Shown piece after piece: positions 29,501-44,400 of a stretch of DNA of 64,000 bases. The notes under the pieces were generated by a model. That model worked only from the letters and a program-made list of their open reading frames with translations. It searched no databases and was not told the origin of the DNA. How positions within the stretch are numbered: position 1 is the stretch's first letter; every line of letters begins with the position of its first letter. A program made the translations under genes and the position numbers. The stretch is from the human T2T-CHM13v2.0 reference genome, Homo sapiens, in assembly GCF_009914755.1 (NCBI RefSeq), contig NC_060939.1; one strand, given 5' to 3'.

Positions 29501-30119
29501 CCGTTCGATTTCATTTTGTTCCAGTCCATTCCTTTCGCGTCCATTCCATTCCATTTCACTCCATTCGATTCCATTCCACTCGATTCCACTTCGTTCCATT
29601 TCATTGCATTCCATTCTATTCAACTCTATTGCCTTCCATTCCATTCCATTCGATTACATTCCATGCGATTCCATTCGAAATCGAATCAATTACATTGCAA
29701 ACCATTACTATTGAGTCCGTTTTATTCCAGTCCACTGCATTCTGGTCCATTCCATTTGATTCCATTCCATTCTATTCCATTCCATACAGTTGCATTCCAT
29801 TGGATTCCATGCTATATCTATAAATTCAATTCGAGACCATTGCTTTTGAGTCCATTCTATATGATTCCATTCCATTCAAGTCCATTACATTTGGTTAAAT
29901 TCCATTCCATTCGGTTCAATTCCATTCCATTCCATTCCCTTCCATTCCATTCCAGTTGATATCAATCCATTCGATTCCATTCCATTCGAGCACATTCCAT
30001 TCGAGTCCATTCCATTCGATGCCATTCCATTTGATTCTATTCCATTAGTCTCCATTCAATTCCATTAATCTCCATTCCATTCCATTCTACTCCAACTGAT
30101 TCCATTCCATTCTATTCCT

Positions 30120-33100
30120 TTCCATTCTATTTCATTCCATTCCATTCCATTCCATTCCATTCCATTCGTGTCCATTCCACTCCAGTCCATTCCATTCGTA
30201 TCCATTCCATTCCAGTCCATTCCATTTGTGTCCACTGCATTCCATTCCACTCCATTCCATATTATTCCATTACACTCCATTCCATTCTATTACTTTCATT
30301 TCCATTCAATTCCATTTCATTTGATTCCATTCCACTCGGTTTCATTCCATTTGAGTCCACTCCATTCCATTCCATTCCATTCAGTTCCATTCCATTCTGT
30401 TCCATTCCATTCCGTTCCATTACATTCCATTCCATTCGGTACCATTCCATATTGTTCCATTCGATTCCATTCGAATCCATTCCATTCCAGTCCATTCCAT
30501 TCGATTCCATTCCATTCATTTCAATTCCATTCCATTCCATTCCATTACATTCCACTTGATTCCTCTCCATTCCCTTCCACTGCATTCCGTTCGATTCCAT
30601 TCCATTGCATTGCATTCCATTCCATTGGATTGCATTCCATTCGATTCCATTCCATTCGAATCAATTACATAGCAATCCATTACATTCGAGTCTATTCTCT
30701 TCCGTTCCATTCGATTTCGTTCCAATCCATTCGATTCCATTCCATTCGATTCCATTCCATACTATTGCATTCCATTCGATTACATTACATTCGAATAAGT
30801 TCCATTCAAGACCATTTCTTTTGAGTCCATTCTATTTGAGTCCATTCCCTTTGATTCCATAACATTTGAGTCCATTCAATTCCATTCCTTTCGTTTCCAT
30901 TCCATTTGATGCCATTCCATTCAATTCTGTTCTACTCGACTCCAATACATTCAATTCCATTCCATCCGATTCCATTACATTCTTTTCATTTCTTATCCAT
31001 TTCAAGCCATTCCACTCCATTCCATTCCACTCGTTTCCTTTCCATTCGAGTCCATTCCTCTCCAGTCCATTCCGTTCAATCCATTCCATTCCAGTCCATT
31101 CCATTCGAGTCCGTTCTATTCCAGTCCATTCCATTCGAGTCAATTCCATTCCATTCGATGTCTTTCCATAACGATCCATTCCATTCTATTCCTTTCGATT
31201 CCATTCCATTCTATTTCATTCCATTCGATTCCCTTCCATTGGACTCCTTTCCATTCGAGTGCATTCCATTCCGTTCCATTTCTTTCCGTTCTGTACGATT
31301 CCTACCGTTCGATTTCATTTTGTTCCAGTCCATTCCTTTCGCGTCCATTCCATTCCATTTCACTCCATTCGATTCCATTCCACTCGATTCCACTTCGTTC
31401 CATTTCATTGCATTCCATTCTATTCAACTCTATTGCCTTCCATTCCATTCCATTCGATTACATTCCATGCGATTCCATTCGAAATCGAATCAATTACATT
31501 GCAAACCATTACTATTGAGTCCGTTTTATTCCAGTCCACTGCATTCTGGTCCATTCCATTTGATTCCATTCCATTCTATTCCATTCCATACAGTTGCATT
31601 CCATTGGATTCCATGCTATATCTATAAATTCAATTCGAGACCATTGCTTTTGAGTCCATTCTATATGATTCCATTCCATTCAAGTCCATTACATTTGGTT
31701 AAATTCCATTCCATTCGGTTCAATTCCATTCCATTCCATTCCCTTCCATTCCATTCCAGTTGATATCAATCCATTCGATTCCATTCCATTCGAGCACATT
31801 CCATTCGAGTCCATTCCATTCGATGCCATTCCATTTGATTCTATTCCATTAGTCTCCATTCAATTCCATTAATCTCCATTCCATTCCATTCTACTCCAAC
31901 TGATTCCATTCCATTCTATTCCTTTCCATTCCATTTCATTCCATTCCATTCCATTCCATTCCATTCCATTCGTGTCCATTCCACTCCAGTCCATTCCATT
32001 CGTATCCATTCCATTCCAGTCCATTCCATTTGTGTCCACTGCATTCCATTCCACTCCATTCCATATTATTCCATTACACTCCATTCCATTCTATTACTTT
32101 CATTTCCATTCAATTCCATTCCATTTGATTCCATTCCACTCAGTTTCATTCCATTTGAGTCCACTCCATTCCATTCCATTCCATTCAGTTCCATTCCATT
32201 CTGTTCCATTCCATTCCGTTCCATTACATTCCATTCCATTCGGTACCATTCCATATTGTTCCATTCGATTCCATTCGAATCCATTCCATTCCAGTCCATT
32301 CCATTCGATTCCATTCCATTCATTTCAATTCCATTCCATTCCATTCCATTACATTCCACTTGATTCCTCTCCATTCCCTTCCACTGCATTCCGTTCGATT
32401 CCATTCCATTGCATTGCATTCCATTCCATTGGATTGCATTCCATTCGATTCCATTCCATTCGAATCAATTACATAGCAATCCATTACATTCGAGTCTATT
32501 CTCTTCCGTTCCATTCGATTTCGTTCCAATCCATTCGATTCCATTCCATTCGATTCCATTCCATACTATTGCATTCCATTCGATTACATTATATTCGAAT
32601 AAGTTCCATTCAAGACCATTTCTTTTGAGTCCATTCTATTTGAGTCCATTCCCTTTGATTCCATAACATTTGAGTCCATTCAATTCCATTCCTTTCGTTT
32701 CCATTCCATTTGATGCCATTCCATTTAATTCTGTTCTACTCGACTCCAATACATTCAATTCCATTCCATCCGATTCCATTACATTCTTTTCATTTCTTAT
32801 CCATTTCAAGCCATTCCACTCCATTCCATTCCACTCGTTTCCTTTCCATTCGAGTCCATTCCTCTCCAGTCCATTCCGTTCAATCCATTCCATTCCAGTC
32901 CATTCCATTCGAGTCCGTTCCATTCCAGTCCATTCCATTCGAGTCAATTCCATTCCATTCGGTGTCTTTCCATAACGATCCATTCCATTCTATTCCTTTC
33001 GATTCCATTCCATTCTATTTCATTCCATTCGATTCCCTTCCATTGGACTCCTTTCCATTCGAGTGCATTCCATTCCGTTCCATTTCTTTCCGTTCTGTAC

Positions 33101-36100
33101 GATTCCTACCGTTCGATTTCATTTTGTTCCAGTCCATTCTTTCGCGTCCATTCCATTCCATTTCACTCCATTCGATTCCATTCCACTCGATTCCACTTCG
33201 TTCCATTTCATTGCATTCCATTCTATTCAACTCTATTGCCTCCCATTCCATTCCATTCGATTACATTCCATGCGATTCCATTCGAAATCGAATCAATTAC
33301 ATTGCAATCCATTACTATTGAGTCCGTTTTATTCCAGTCCACTGCATTCTGGTCCATTCCATTTGATTGCATTCCATTCTATTCCATTCTATACAGTTGC
33401 ATTCCATTGGATTCCATGCTATATCTATAAATTCAATTCGAGACCATTGCTTTTGAGTCCATTCTATATGATTCCATTCCATTCAAGTCCATTACATTTG
33501 GTTAAATTCCATTCCATTCCATTCCCTTCCATTCCATTCCAGTTGATATCAATCCATTCGATTCCATTCCATTCGAGCACATTCCATTCGAGTCCATTCC
33601 ATTCGATGCCATTCCATTTGATTCTATTCCATTAGTCTCCATTCAATTCCATTAATCTCCATTCCATTCCATTCTACTCCAACTGATTCCATTCCATTCT
33701 ATTCCTTTCCATTCCATTTCATTCCATTCCATTCCATTCCATTCCATTCCATTCCATTCGTGTCCATTCCACTCCAGTCCATTCCATTCGTATCCATTCC
33801 ATTCCAGTCCATTCCATTTGTGTCCACTGCATTCCATTCCACTCCATTCCATATTATTCCATTACACTCCATTCCATTCTATTACTTTCATTTCCATTCA
33901 ATTCCATTCCATTTGATTCCATTCCACTCGGTTTCATTCCATTTGAGTCCACTCCATTCCATTCCATTCCATTCAGTTCCATTCCATTCTGTTCCATTCC
34001 ATTCCGTTCCATTACATTCCATTCCATTCGGTACCATTCCATATTGTTCCATTCGATTCCATTCGAATCCATTCCATTCCAGTCCATTCCATTCGATTCC
34101 ATTCCATTCATTTCAATTCCATTCCATTCCATTCCATTACATTCCACTTGATTCCTCTCCATTCCCTTCCACTGCAATCCGTTCGATTCCATTCCATTGC
34201 ATTGCATTCCATTCCATTGGATTGCATTCCATTCGATTCCATTCCATTCGAATCAATTACATACCAATCCATTACATTCGAGTCTATTCTCTTCCGTTCC
34301 ATTCGATTTCGTTCCAATCCATTCGATTCCATTCCATTCGATTCCATTCCATACTATTGCATTCCATTCGATTACATTATATTCGAATAAGTTCCATTCA
34401 AGACCATTTCTTTTGAGTCCATTCTATTTGAGTCCATTCCCTTTGATTCCATAACATTTGAGTCCATTCAATTCCATTCCTTTCGTTTCCATTCCATTTG
34501 ATGCCATTCCATTTAATTCTGTTCTACTCGACTCCAATACATTCAATTCCATTCCATCCGATTCCATTACATTCTTTTCATTTCTTATCCATTTCAAGCC
34601 ATTCCACTCCATTCCATTCCACTCGTTTCCTTTCCATTCGAGTCCATTCCTCTCCAGTCCATTCCGTTCAATCCATTCCATTCCAGTCCATTCCATTCGA
34701 GTCCGTTCCATTCCAGTCCATTCCATTCGAGTCAATTCCATTCCATTCGGTGTCTTTCCATATCGATCCATTCCATTCTATTCCTTTCGATTCCATTCCA
34801 TTCTATTTCATTCCATTCGATTCCCTTCCATTGGACTCCTTTCCATTCGAGTGCATTCCATTCCGTTCCATTTCTTTCCGTTCTGTACGATTCCTACCGT
34901 TCGATTTCATTTTGTTCCAGTCCATTCTTTCGCGTCCATTCCATTCCATTTCACTCCATTCGATTCCATTCCACTCGATTCCACTTCGTTCCATTTCATT
35001 GCATTCCATTCTATTCAACTCTATTGCCTTCCATTCCATTCCATTCGATTACATTCCATGCGATTCCATTCGAAATCGAATCAATTACATTGCAATCCAT
35101 TACTATTGAGTCCGTTTTATTCCAGTCCACTGCATTCTGGTCCATTCCATTTGATTCCATTCCATTCTATTCCATTCCATACAGTTGCATTCCATTGGAT
35201 TCCTTGCTATATCTATAAATTCAATTCGAGACCATTGCTTTTGAGTCCATTCTATATGATTCCATTCCATTCAAGTCCATTACATTTGGTTAAATTCCAT
35301 TCCATTCGGTTCAATTCCATTCCATTCCATTCCCTTCCATTCCATTCCAGTTGATATCAATCCATTCGATTCCATTCCATTCGAGCACATTCCATTCGAG
35401 TCCATTCCATTCGATGCCATTCCATTTGATTCTATTCCATTAGTCTCCATTCAATTCCATTAATCTCCATTCCATTCCATTCTACTCCAACTGATTCCAT
35501 TCCATTCTATTCCTTTCCATTCCATTTCATTCCATTCCATTCCATTCCATTCCATTCCATTCCATTCGTGTCCATTCCACTCCAGTCCATTCCATTCGTA
35601 TCCATTCCATTCCAGTCCATTCCATTTGTGTCCACTGCATTCCATTCCACTCCATTCCATATTATTCCATTACACTCCATTCCATTCTATTACTTTCATT
35701 TCCATTCAATTCCATTCCATTTGATTCCATTCCACTCGGTTTCATTCCATTTGAGTCCACTCCATTCCATTCCATTCCATTCAGTTCCATTCCATTCTGT
35801 TCCATTCCATTCCGTTCCATTACATTCCATTCCATTCGGTACCATTCCATATTGTTCCATTCGATTCCATTCGAATCCATTCCATTCCAGTCCATTCCAT
35901 TCGATTCCATTCCATTCATTTCCATTCCATTCCATTCCATTCCATTCCATTCCACTTGATTCCTCTCCATTCCCTTCCACTGCATTCCGTTCGATTCCAT
36001 TCCATTGCATTGCATTCCATTCCATTGGATTGCATTCCATTCGATTCCATTCCATTCGAATCAATTACATAGCAATCCATTACATTCGAGTCTATTCTCT

Positions 36101-39100
36101 TCCGTTCCATTCGATTTCGTTCCAATCCATTCGATTCCATTCCATTCGATTCCATTCCATACTATTGCATTCCATTCGATTACATTATATTCGAATAAGT
36201 TCCATTCAAGACCATTTCTTTTGAGTCCATTCTATTTGAGTCCATTCCCTTTGATTCCATAACATTTGAGTCCATTCAATTCCATTCCTTTCGTTTCCAT
36301 TCCATTTGATGCCATTCCATTCAATTCTGTTCTACTCGACTCCAATACATTCAATTCCATTCCATCCGATTCCATTACATTCTTTTCATTTCTTATCCAT
36401 TTCAAGCCATTCCACTCCATTCCATTCCACTCGTTTCCTTTCCATTCGAGTCCATTCCTCTCCAGTCCATTCCGTTCAATCCATTCCATTCCAGTCCATT
36501 CCATTCGAGTCCGTTCCATTCCAGTCCATTCCATTCGAGTCAATTCCATTCCATTCGATGTCTTTCCATAACGATCCATTCCATTCTATTCCTTTCGATT
36601 CCATTCCATTCTATTTCATTCCATTCGATTCCCTTCCATTGGACTCCTTTCCATTCGAGTGCATTCCATTCCGTTCCATTTCTTTCCATTCTGTACGATT
36701 CCTACCGTTCGATTTCATTTTGTTCCAGTCCATTCTTTCGCGTCCATTCCATTCCATTTCACTCCATTCGATTCCATTCCACTCGATTCCACTTCGTTCC
36801 ATTTCATTGCATTCCATTCTATTCAACTCTATTGCCTTCCATTCCATTCCATTCGATTACATTCCATGCGATTCCATTCGAAATCGAATCAATTACATTG
36901 CAATCCATTACTATTGAGTCCGTTTTATTCCAGTCCACTGCATTCTGGTCCATTCCATTTGATTCCATTCCATTCTATTCCATTCCATACAGTTGCATTC
37001 CATTGGATTCCTTGCTATATCTATAAATTCAATTCGAGACCATTGCTTTTGAGTCCATTCTATATGATTCCATTCCATTCAAGTCCATTACATTTGGTTA
37101 AATTCCATTCCATTCGGTTCAATTCCATTCCATTCCATTCCCTTCCATTCCATTCCAGTTGATATCAATCCATTCGATTCCATTCCATTCGAGCACATTC
37201 CATTCGAGTCCATTCCATTCGATGCCATTCCATTTGATTCTATTCCATTAGTCTCCATTCAATTCCATTAATCTCCATTCCATTCCATTCTACTCCAACT
37301 GATTCCATTCCATTCTATTCCTTTCCATTCTATTTCATTCCATTCCATTCCATTCCATTCCATTCCATTCGTGTCCATTCCACTCCAGTCCATTCCATTC
37401 GTATCCATTCCATTCCAGTCCATTCCATTTGTGTCCACTGCATTCCATTCCACTCCATTCCATATTATTCCATTACACTCCATTCCATTCTATTACTTTC
37501 ATTTCCATTCAATTCCATTCCATTTGATTCCATTCCACTCGGTTTCATTCCATTTGAGTCCACTCCATTCCATTCCATTCCATTCAGTTCCATTCCATTC
37601 TGTTCCATTCCATTCCGTTCCATTACATTCCATTCCATTCGGTACCATTCCATATTGTTCCATTCGATTCCATTCGAATCCATTCCATTCCAGTCCATTC
37701 CATTCGATTCCATTCCATTCATTTCAATTCCATTCCATTCCATTCCATTACATTCCACTTGATTCCTCTCCATTCCCTTCCACTGCATTCCGTTCGATTC
37801 CATTCCATTGCATTGCATTCCATTCCATTGGATTGCATTCCATTCGATTCCATTCCATTCGAATCAATTACATAGCAATCCATTACATTCGAGTCTATTC
37901 TCTTCCGTTCCATTCGATTTCGTTCCAATCCATTCGATTCCATTCCATTCGATTCCATTCCATACTATTGCATTCCATTCGATTACATTACATTCGAATA
38001 AGTTCCATTCAAGACCATTTCTTTTGAGTCCATTCTATTTGAGTCCATTCCCTTTGATTCCATAACATTTGAGTCCATTCAATTCCATTCCTTTCGTTTC
38101 CATTCCATTTGATGCCATTCCATTCAATTCTGTTCTACTCGACTCCAATACATTCAATTCCATTCCATCCGATTCCATTACATTCTTTTCATTTCTTATC
38201 CATTTCAAGCCATTCCACTCCATTCCATTCCACTCGTTTCCTTTCCATTCGAGTCCATTCCTCTCCAGTCCATTCCGTTCAATCCATTCCATTCCAGTCC
38301 ATTCCATTCGAGTCCGTTCTATTCCAGTCCATTCCATTCGAGTCAATTCCATTCCATTCGATGTCTTTCCATAACGATCCATTCCATTCTATTCCTTTCG
38401 ATTCCATTCCATTCTATTTCATTCCATTCGATTCCCTTCCATTGGACTCCTTTCCATTCGAGTGCATTCCATTCCGTTCCATTTCTTTCCGTTCTGTACG
38501 ATTCCTACCGTTCGATTTCATTTTGTTCCAGTCCATTCCTTTCGCGTCCATTCCATTCCATTTCACTCCATTCGATTCCATTCCACTCGATTCCACTTCG
38601 TTCCATTTCATTGCATTCCATTCTATTCAACTCTATTGCCTTCCATTCCATTCCATTCGATTACATTCCATGCGATTCCATTCGAAATCGAATCAATTAC
38701 ATTGCAAACCATTACTATTGAGTCCGTTTTATTCCAGTCCACTGCATTCTGGTCCATTCCATTTGATTCCATTCCATTCTATTCCATTCCATACAGTTGC
38801 ATTCCATTGGATTCCATGCTATATCTATAAATTCAATTCGAGACCATTGCTTTTGAGTCCATTCTATATGATTCCATTCCATTCAAGTCCATTACATTTG
38901 GTTAAATTCCATTCCATTCGGTTCAATTCCATTCCATTCCATTCCCTTCCATTCCATTCCAGTTGATATCAATCCATTCGATTCCATTCCATTCGAGCAC
39001 ATTCCATTCGAGTCCATTCCATTCGATGCCATTCCATTTGATTCTATTCCATTAGTCTCCATTCAATTCCATTAATCTCCATTCCATTCCATTCTACTCC

Positions 39101-42100
39101 AACTGATTCCATTCCATTCTATTCCTTTCCATTCCATTTCATTCCATTCCATTCCATTCCATTCCATTCCATTCGTGTCCATTCCACTCCAGTCCATTCC
39201 ATTCGTATCCATTCCATTCCAGTCCATTCCATTTGTGTCCACTGCATTCCATTCCACTCCATTCCATATTATTCCATTACACTCCATTCCATTCTATTAC
39301 TTTCATTTCCATTCAATTCCATTCCATTTGATTCCATTCCACTCAGTTTCATTCCATTTGAGTCCACTCCATTCCATTCCATTCCATTCAGTTCCATTCC
39401 ATTCTGTTCCATTCCATTCCGTTCCATTACATTCCATTCCATTCGGTACCATTCCATATTGTTCCATTCGATTCCATTCGAATCCATTCCATTCCAGTCC
39501 ATTCCATTCGATTCCATTCCATTCATTTCAATTCCATTCCATTCCATTCCATTACATTCCACTTGATTCCTCTCCATTCCCTTCCACTGCATTCCGTTCG
39601 ATTCCATTCCATTGCATTGCATTCCATTCCATTGGATTGCATTCCATTCGATTCCATTCCATTCGAATCAATTACATAGCAATCCATTACATTCGAGTCT
39701 ATTCTCTTCCGTTCCATTCGATTTCGTTCCAATCCATTCGATTCCATTCCATTCGATTCCATTCCATACTATTGCATTCCATTCGATTACATTATATTCG
39801 AATAAGTTCCATTCAAGACCATTTCTTTTGAGTCCATTCTATTTGAGTCCATTCCCTTTGATTCCATAACATTTGAGTCCATTCAATTCCATTCCTTTCG
39901 TTTCCATTCCATTTGATGCCATTCCATTTAATTCTGTTCTACTCGACTCCAATACATTCAATTCCATTCCATCCGATTCCATTACATTCTTTTCATTTCT
40001 TATCCATTTCAAGCCATTCCACTCCATTCCATTCCACTCGTTTCCTTTCCATTCGAGTCCATTCCTCTCCAGTCCATTCCGTTCAATCCATTCCATTCCA
40101 GTCCATTCCATTCGAGTCCGTTCCATTCCAGTCCATTCCATTCGAGTCAATTCCATTCCATTCGGTGTCTTTCCATAACGATCCATTCCATTCTATTCCT
40201 TTCGATTCCATTCCATTCTATTTCATTCCATTCGATTCCCTTCCATTGGACTCCTTTCCATTCGAGTGCATTCCATTCCGTTCCATTTCTTTCCGTTCTG
40301 TACGATTCCTACCGTTCGATTTCATTTTGTTCCAGTCCATTCTTTCGCGTCCATTCCATTCCATTTCACTCCATTCGATTCCATTCCACTCGATTCCACT
40401 TCGTTCCATTTCATTGCATTCCATTCTATTCAACTCTATTGCCTCCCATTCCATTCCATTCGATTACATTCCATGCGATTCCATTCGAAATCGAATCAAT
40501 TACATTGCAATCCATTACTATTGAGTCCGTTTTATTCCAGTCCACTGCATTCTGGTCCATTCCATTTGATTGCATTCCATTCTATTCCATTCTATACAGT
40601 TGCATTCCATTGGATTCCATGCTATATCTATAAATTCAATTCGAGACCATTGCTTTTGAGTCCATTCTATATGATTCCATTCCATTCAAGTCCATTACAT
40701 TTGGTTAAATTCCATTCCATTCCATTCCCTTCCATTCCATTCCAGTTGATATCAATCCATTCGATTCCATTCCATTCGAGCACATTCCATTCGAGTCCAT
40801 TCCATTCGATGCCATTCCATTTGATTCTATTCCATTAGTCTCCATTCAATTCCATTAATCTCCATTCCATTCCATTCTACTCCAACTGATTCCATTCCAT
40901 TCTATTCCTTTCCATTCCATTTCATTCCATTCCATTCCATTCCATTCCATTCCATTCCATTCGTGTCCATTCCACTCCAGTCCATTCCATTCGTATCCAT
41001 TCCATTCCAGTCCATTCCATTTGTGTCCACTGCATTCCATTCCACTCCATTCCATATTATTCCATTACACTCCATTCCATTCTATTACTTTCATTTCCAT
41101 TCAATTCCATTCCATTTGATTCCATTCCACTCGGTTTCATTCCATTTGAGTCCACTCCATTCCATTCCATTCCATTCAGTTCCATTCCATTCTGTTCCAT
41201 TCCATTCCGTTCCATTACATTCCATTCCATTCGGTACCATTCCATATTGTTCCATTCGATTCCATTCGAATCCATTCCATTCCAGTCCATTCCATTCGAT
41301 TCCATTCCATTCATTTCAATTCCATTCCATTCCATTCCATTACATTCCACTTGATTCCTCTCCATTCCCTTCCACTGCAATCCGTTCGATTCCATTCCAT
41401 TGCATTGCATTCCATTCCATTGGATTGCATTCCATTCGATTCCATTCCATTCGAATCAATTACATACCAATCCATTACATTCGAGTCTATTCTCTTCCGT
41501 TCCATTCGATTTCGTTCCAATCCATTCGATTCCATTCCATTCGATTCCATTCCATACTATTGCATTCCATTCGATTACATTATATTCGAATAAGTTCCAT
41601 TCAAGACCATTTCTTTTGAGTCCATTCTATTTGAGTCCATTCCCTTTGATTCCATAACATTTGAGTCCATTCAATTCCATTCCTTTCGTTTCCATTCCAT
41701 TTGATGCCATTCCATTTAATTCTGTTCTACTCGACTCCAATACATTCAATTCCATTCCATCCGATTCCATTACATTCTTTTCATTTCTTATCCATTTCAA
41801 GCCATTCCACTCCATTCCATTCCACTCGTTTCCTTTCCATTCGAGTCCATTCCTCTCCAGTCCATTCCGTTCAATCCATTCCATTCCAGTCCATTCCATT
41901 CGAGTCCGTTCCATTCCAGTCCATTCCATTCGAGTCAATTCCATTCCATTCGGTGTCTTTCCATATCGATCCATTCCATTCTATTCCTTTCGATTCCATT
42001 CCATTCTATTTCATTCCATTCGATTCCCTTCCATTGGACTCCTTTCCATTCGAGTGCATTCCATTCCGTTCCATTTCTTTCCGTTCTGTACGATTCCTAC

Positions 42101-44400
42101 CGTTCGATTTCATTTTGTTCCAGTCCATTCTTTCGCGTCCATTCCATTCCATTTCACTCCATTCGATTCCATTCCACTCGATTCCACTTCGTTCCATTTC
42201 ATTGCATTCCATTCTATTCAACTCTATTGCCTTCCATTCCATTCCATTCGATTACATTCCATGCGATTCCATTCGAAATCGAATCAATTACATTGCAATC
42301 CATTACTATTGAGTCCGTTTTATTCCAGTCCACTGCATTCTGGTCCATTCCATTTGATTCCATTCCATTCTATTCCATTCCATACAGTTGCATTCCATTG
42401 GATTCCTTGCTATATCTATAAATTCAATTCGAGACCATTGCTTTTGAGTCCATTCTATATGATTCCATTCCATTCAAGTCCATTACATTTGGTTAAATTC
42501 CATTCCATTCGGTTCAATTCCATTCCATTCCATTCCCTTCCATTCCATTCCAGTTGATATCAATCCATTCGATTCCATTCCATTCGAGCACATTCCATTC
42601 GAGTCCATTCCATTCGATGCCATTCCATTTGATTCTATTCCATTAGTCTCCATTCAATTCCATTAATCTCCATTCCATTCCATTCTACTCCAACTGATTC
42701 CATTCCATTCTATTCCTTTCCATTCCATTTCATTCCATTCCATTCCATTCCATTCCATTCCATTCCATTCGTGTCCATTCCACTCCAGTCCATTCCATTC
42801 GTATCCATTCCATTCCAGTCCATTCCATTTGTGTCCACTGCATTCCATTCCACTCCATTCCATATTATTCCATTACACTCCATTCCATTCTATTACTTTC
42901 ATTTCCATTCAATTCCATTCCATTTGATTCCATTCCACTCGGTTTCATTCCATTTGAGTCCACTCCATTCCATTCCATTCCATTCAGTTCCATTCCATTC
43001 TGTTCCATTCCATTCCGTTCCATTACATTCCATTCCATTCGGTACCATTCCATATTGTTCCATTCGATTCCATTCGAATCCATTCCATTCCAGTCCATTC
43101 CATTCGATTCCATTCCATTCATTTCCATTCCATTCCATTCCATTCCATTCCATTCCACTTGATTCCTCTCCATTCCCTTCCACTGCATTCCGTTCGATTC
43201 CATTCCATTGCATTGCATTCCATTCCATTGGATTGCATTCCATTCGATTCCATTCCATTCGAATCAATTACATAGCAATCCATTACATTCGAGTCTATTC
43301 TCTTCCGTTCCATTCGATTTCGTTCCAATCCATTCGATTCCATTCCATTCGATTCCATTCCATACTATTGCATTCCATTCGATTACATTATATTCGAATA
43401 AGTTCCATTCAAGACCATTTCTTTTGAGTCCATTCTATTTGAGTCCATTCCCTTTGATTCCATAACATTTGAGTCCATTCAATTCCATTCCTTTCGTTTC
43501 CATTCCATTTGATGCCATTCCATTCAATTCTGTTCTACTCGACTCCAATACATTCAATTCCATTCCATCCGATTCCATTACATTCTTTTCATTTCTTATC
43601 CATTTCAAGCCATTCCACTCCATTCCATTCCACTCGTTTCCTTTCCATTCGAGTCCATTCCTCTCCAGTCCATTCCGTTCAATCCATTCCATTCCAGTCC
43701 ATTCCATTCGAGTCCGTTCCATTCCAGTCCATTCCATTCGAGTCAATTCCATTCCATTCGATGTCTTTCCATAACGATCCATTCCATTCTATTCCTTTCG
43801 ATTCCATTCCATTCTATTTCATTCCATTCGATTCCCTTCCATTGGACTCCTTTCCATTCGAGTGCATTCCATTCCGTTCCATTTCTTTCCATTCTGTACG
43901 ATTCCTACCGTTCGATTTCATTTTGTTCCAGTCCATTCTTTCGCGTCCATTCCATTCCATTTCACTCCATTCGATTCCATTCCACTCGATTCCACTTCGT
44001 TCCATTTCATTGCATTCCATTCTATTCAACTCTATTGCCTTCCATTCCATTCCATTCGATTACATTCCATGCGATTCCATTCGAAATCGAATCAATTACA
44101 TTGCAATCCATTACTATTGAGTCCGTTTTATTCCAGTCCACTGCATTCTGGTCCATTCCATTTGATTCCATTCCATTCTATTCCATTCCATACAGTTGCA
44201 TTCCATTGGATTCCTTGCTATATCTATAAATTCAATTCGAGACCATTGCTTTTGAGTCCATTCTATATGATTCCATTCCATTCAAGTCCATTACATTTGG
44301 TTAAATTCCATTCCATTCGGTTCAATTCCATTCCATTCCATTCCCTTCCATTCCATTCCAGTTGATATCAATCCATTCGATTCCATTCCATTCGAGCACA
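30120..44400 (+). repeat. Recent tandem duplication of a 4-unit block (period 7203 bp = 1804+1788+1808+1803)
   Basis: Rare variants recur exactly 7203 bp apart: 30128/37331, 30788/37991, 32142/39345, 34763/41966, 36688/43891, 37012/44215. Ends are approximate (within ~300 bp). Confidence 0.92.

Noticed and set aside
34458-35354. Longer fused ORFs (298 aa here and at 41661; 285-308 aa elsewhere)
   Set aside because: They arise from a single stop-loss SNV (34763) or the 1-bp indel joining repeat frames. Nothing suggests coding selection.
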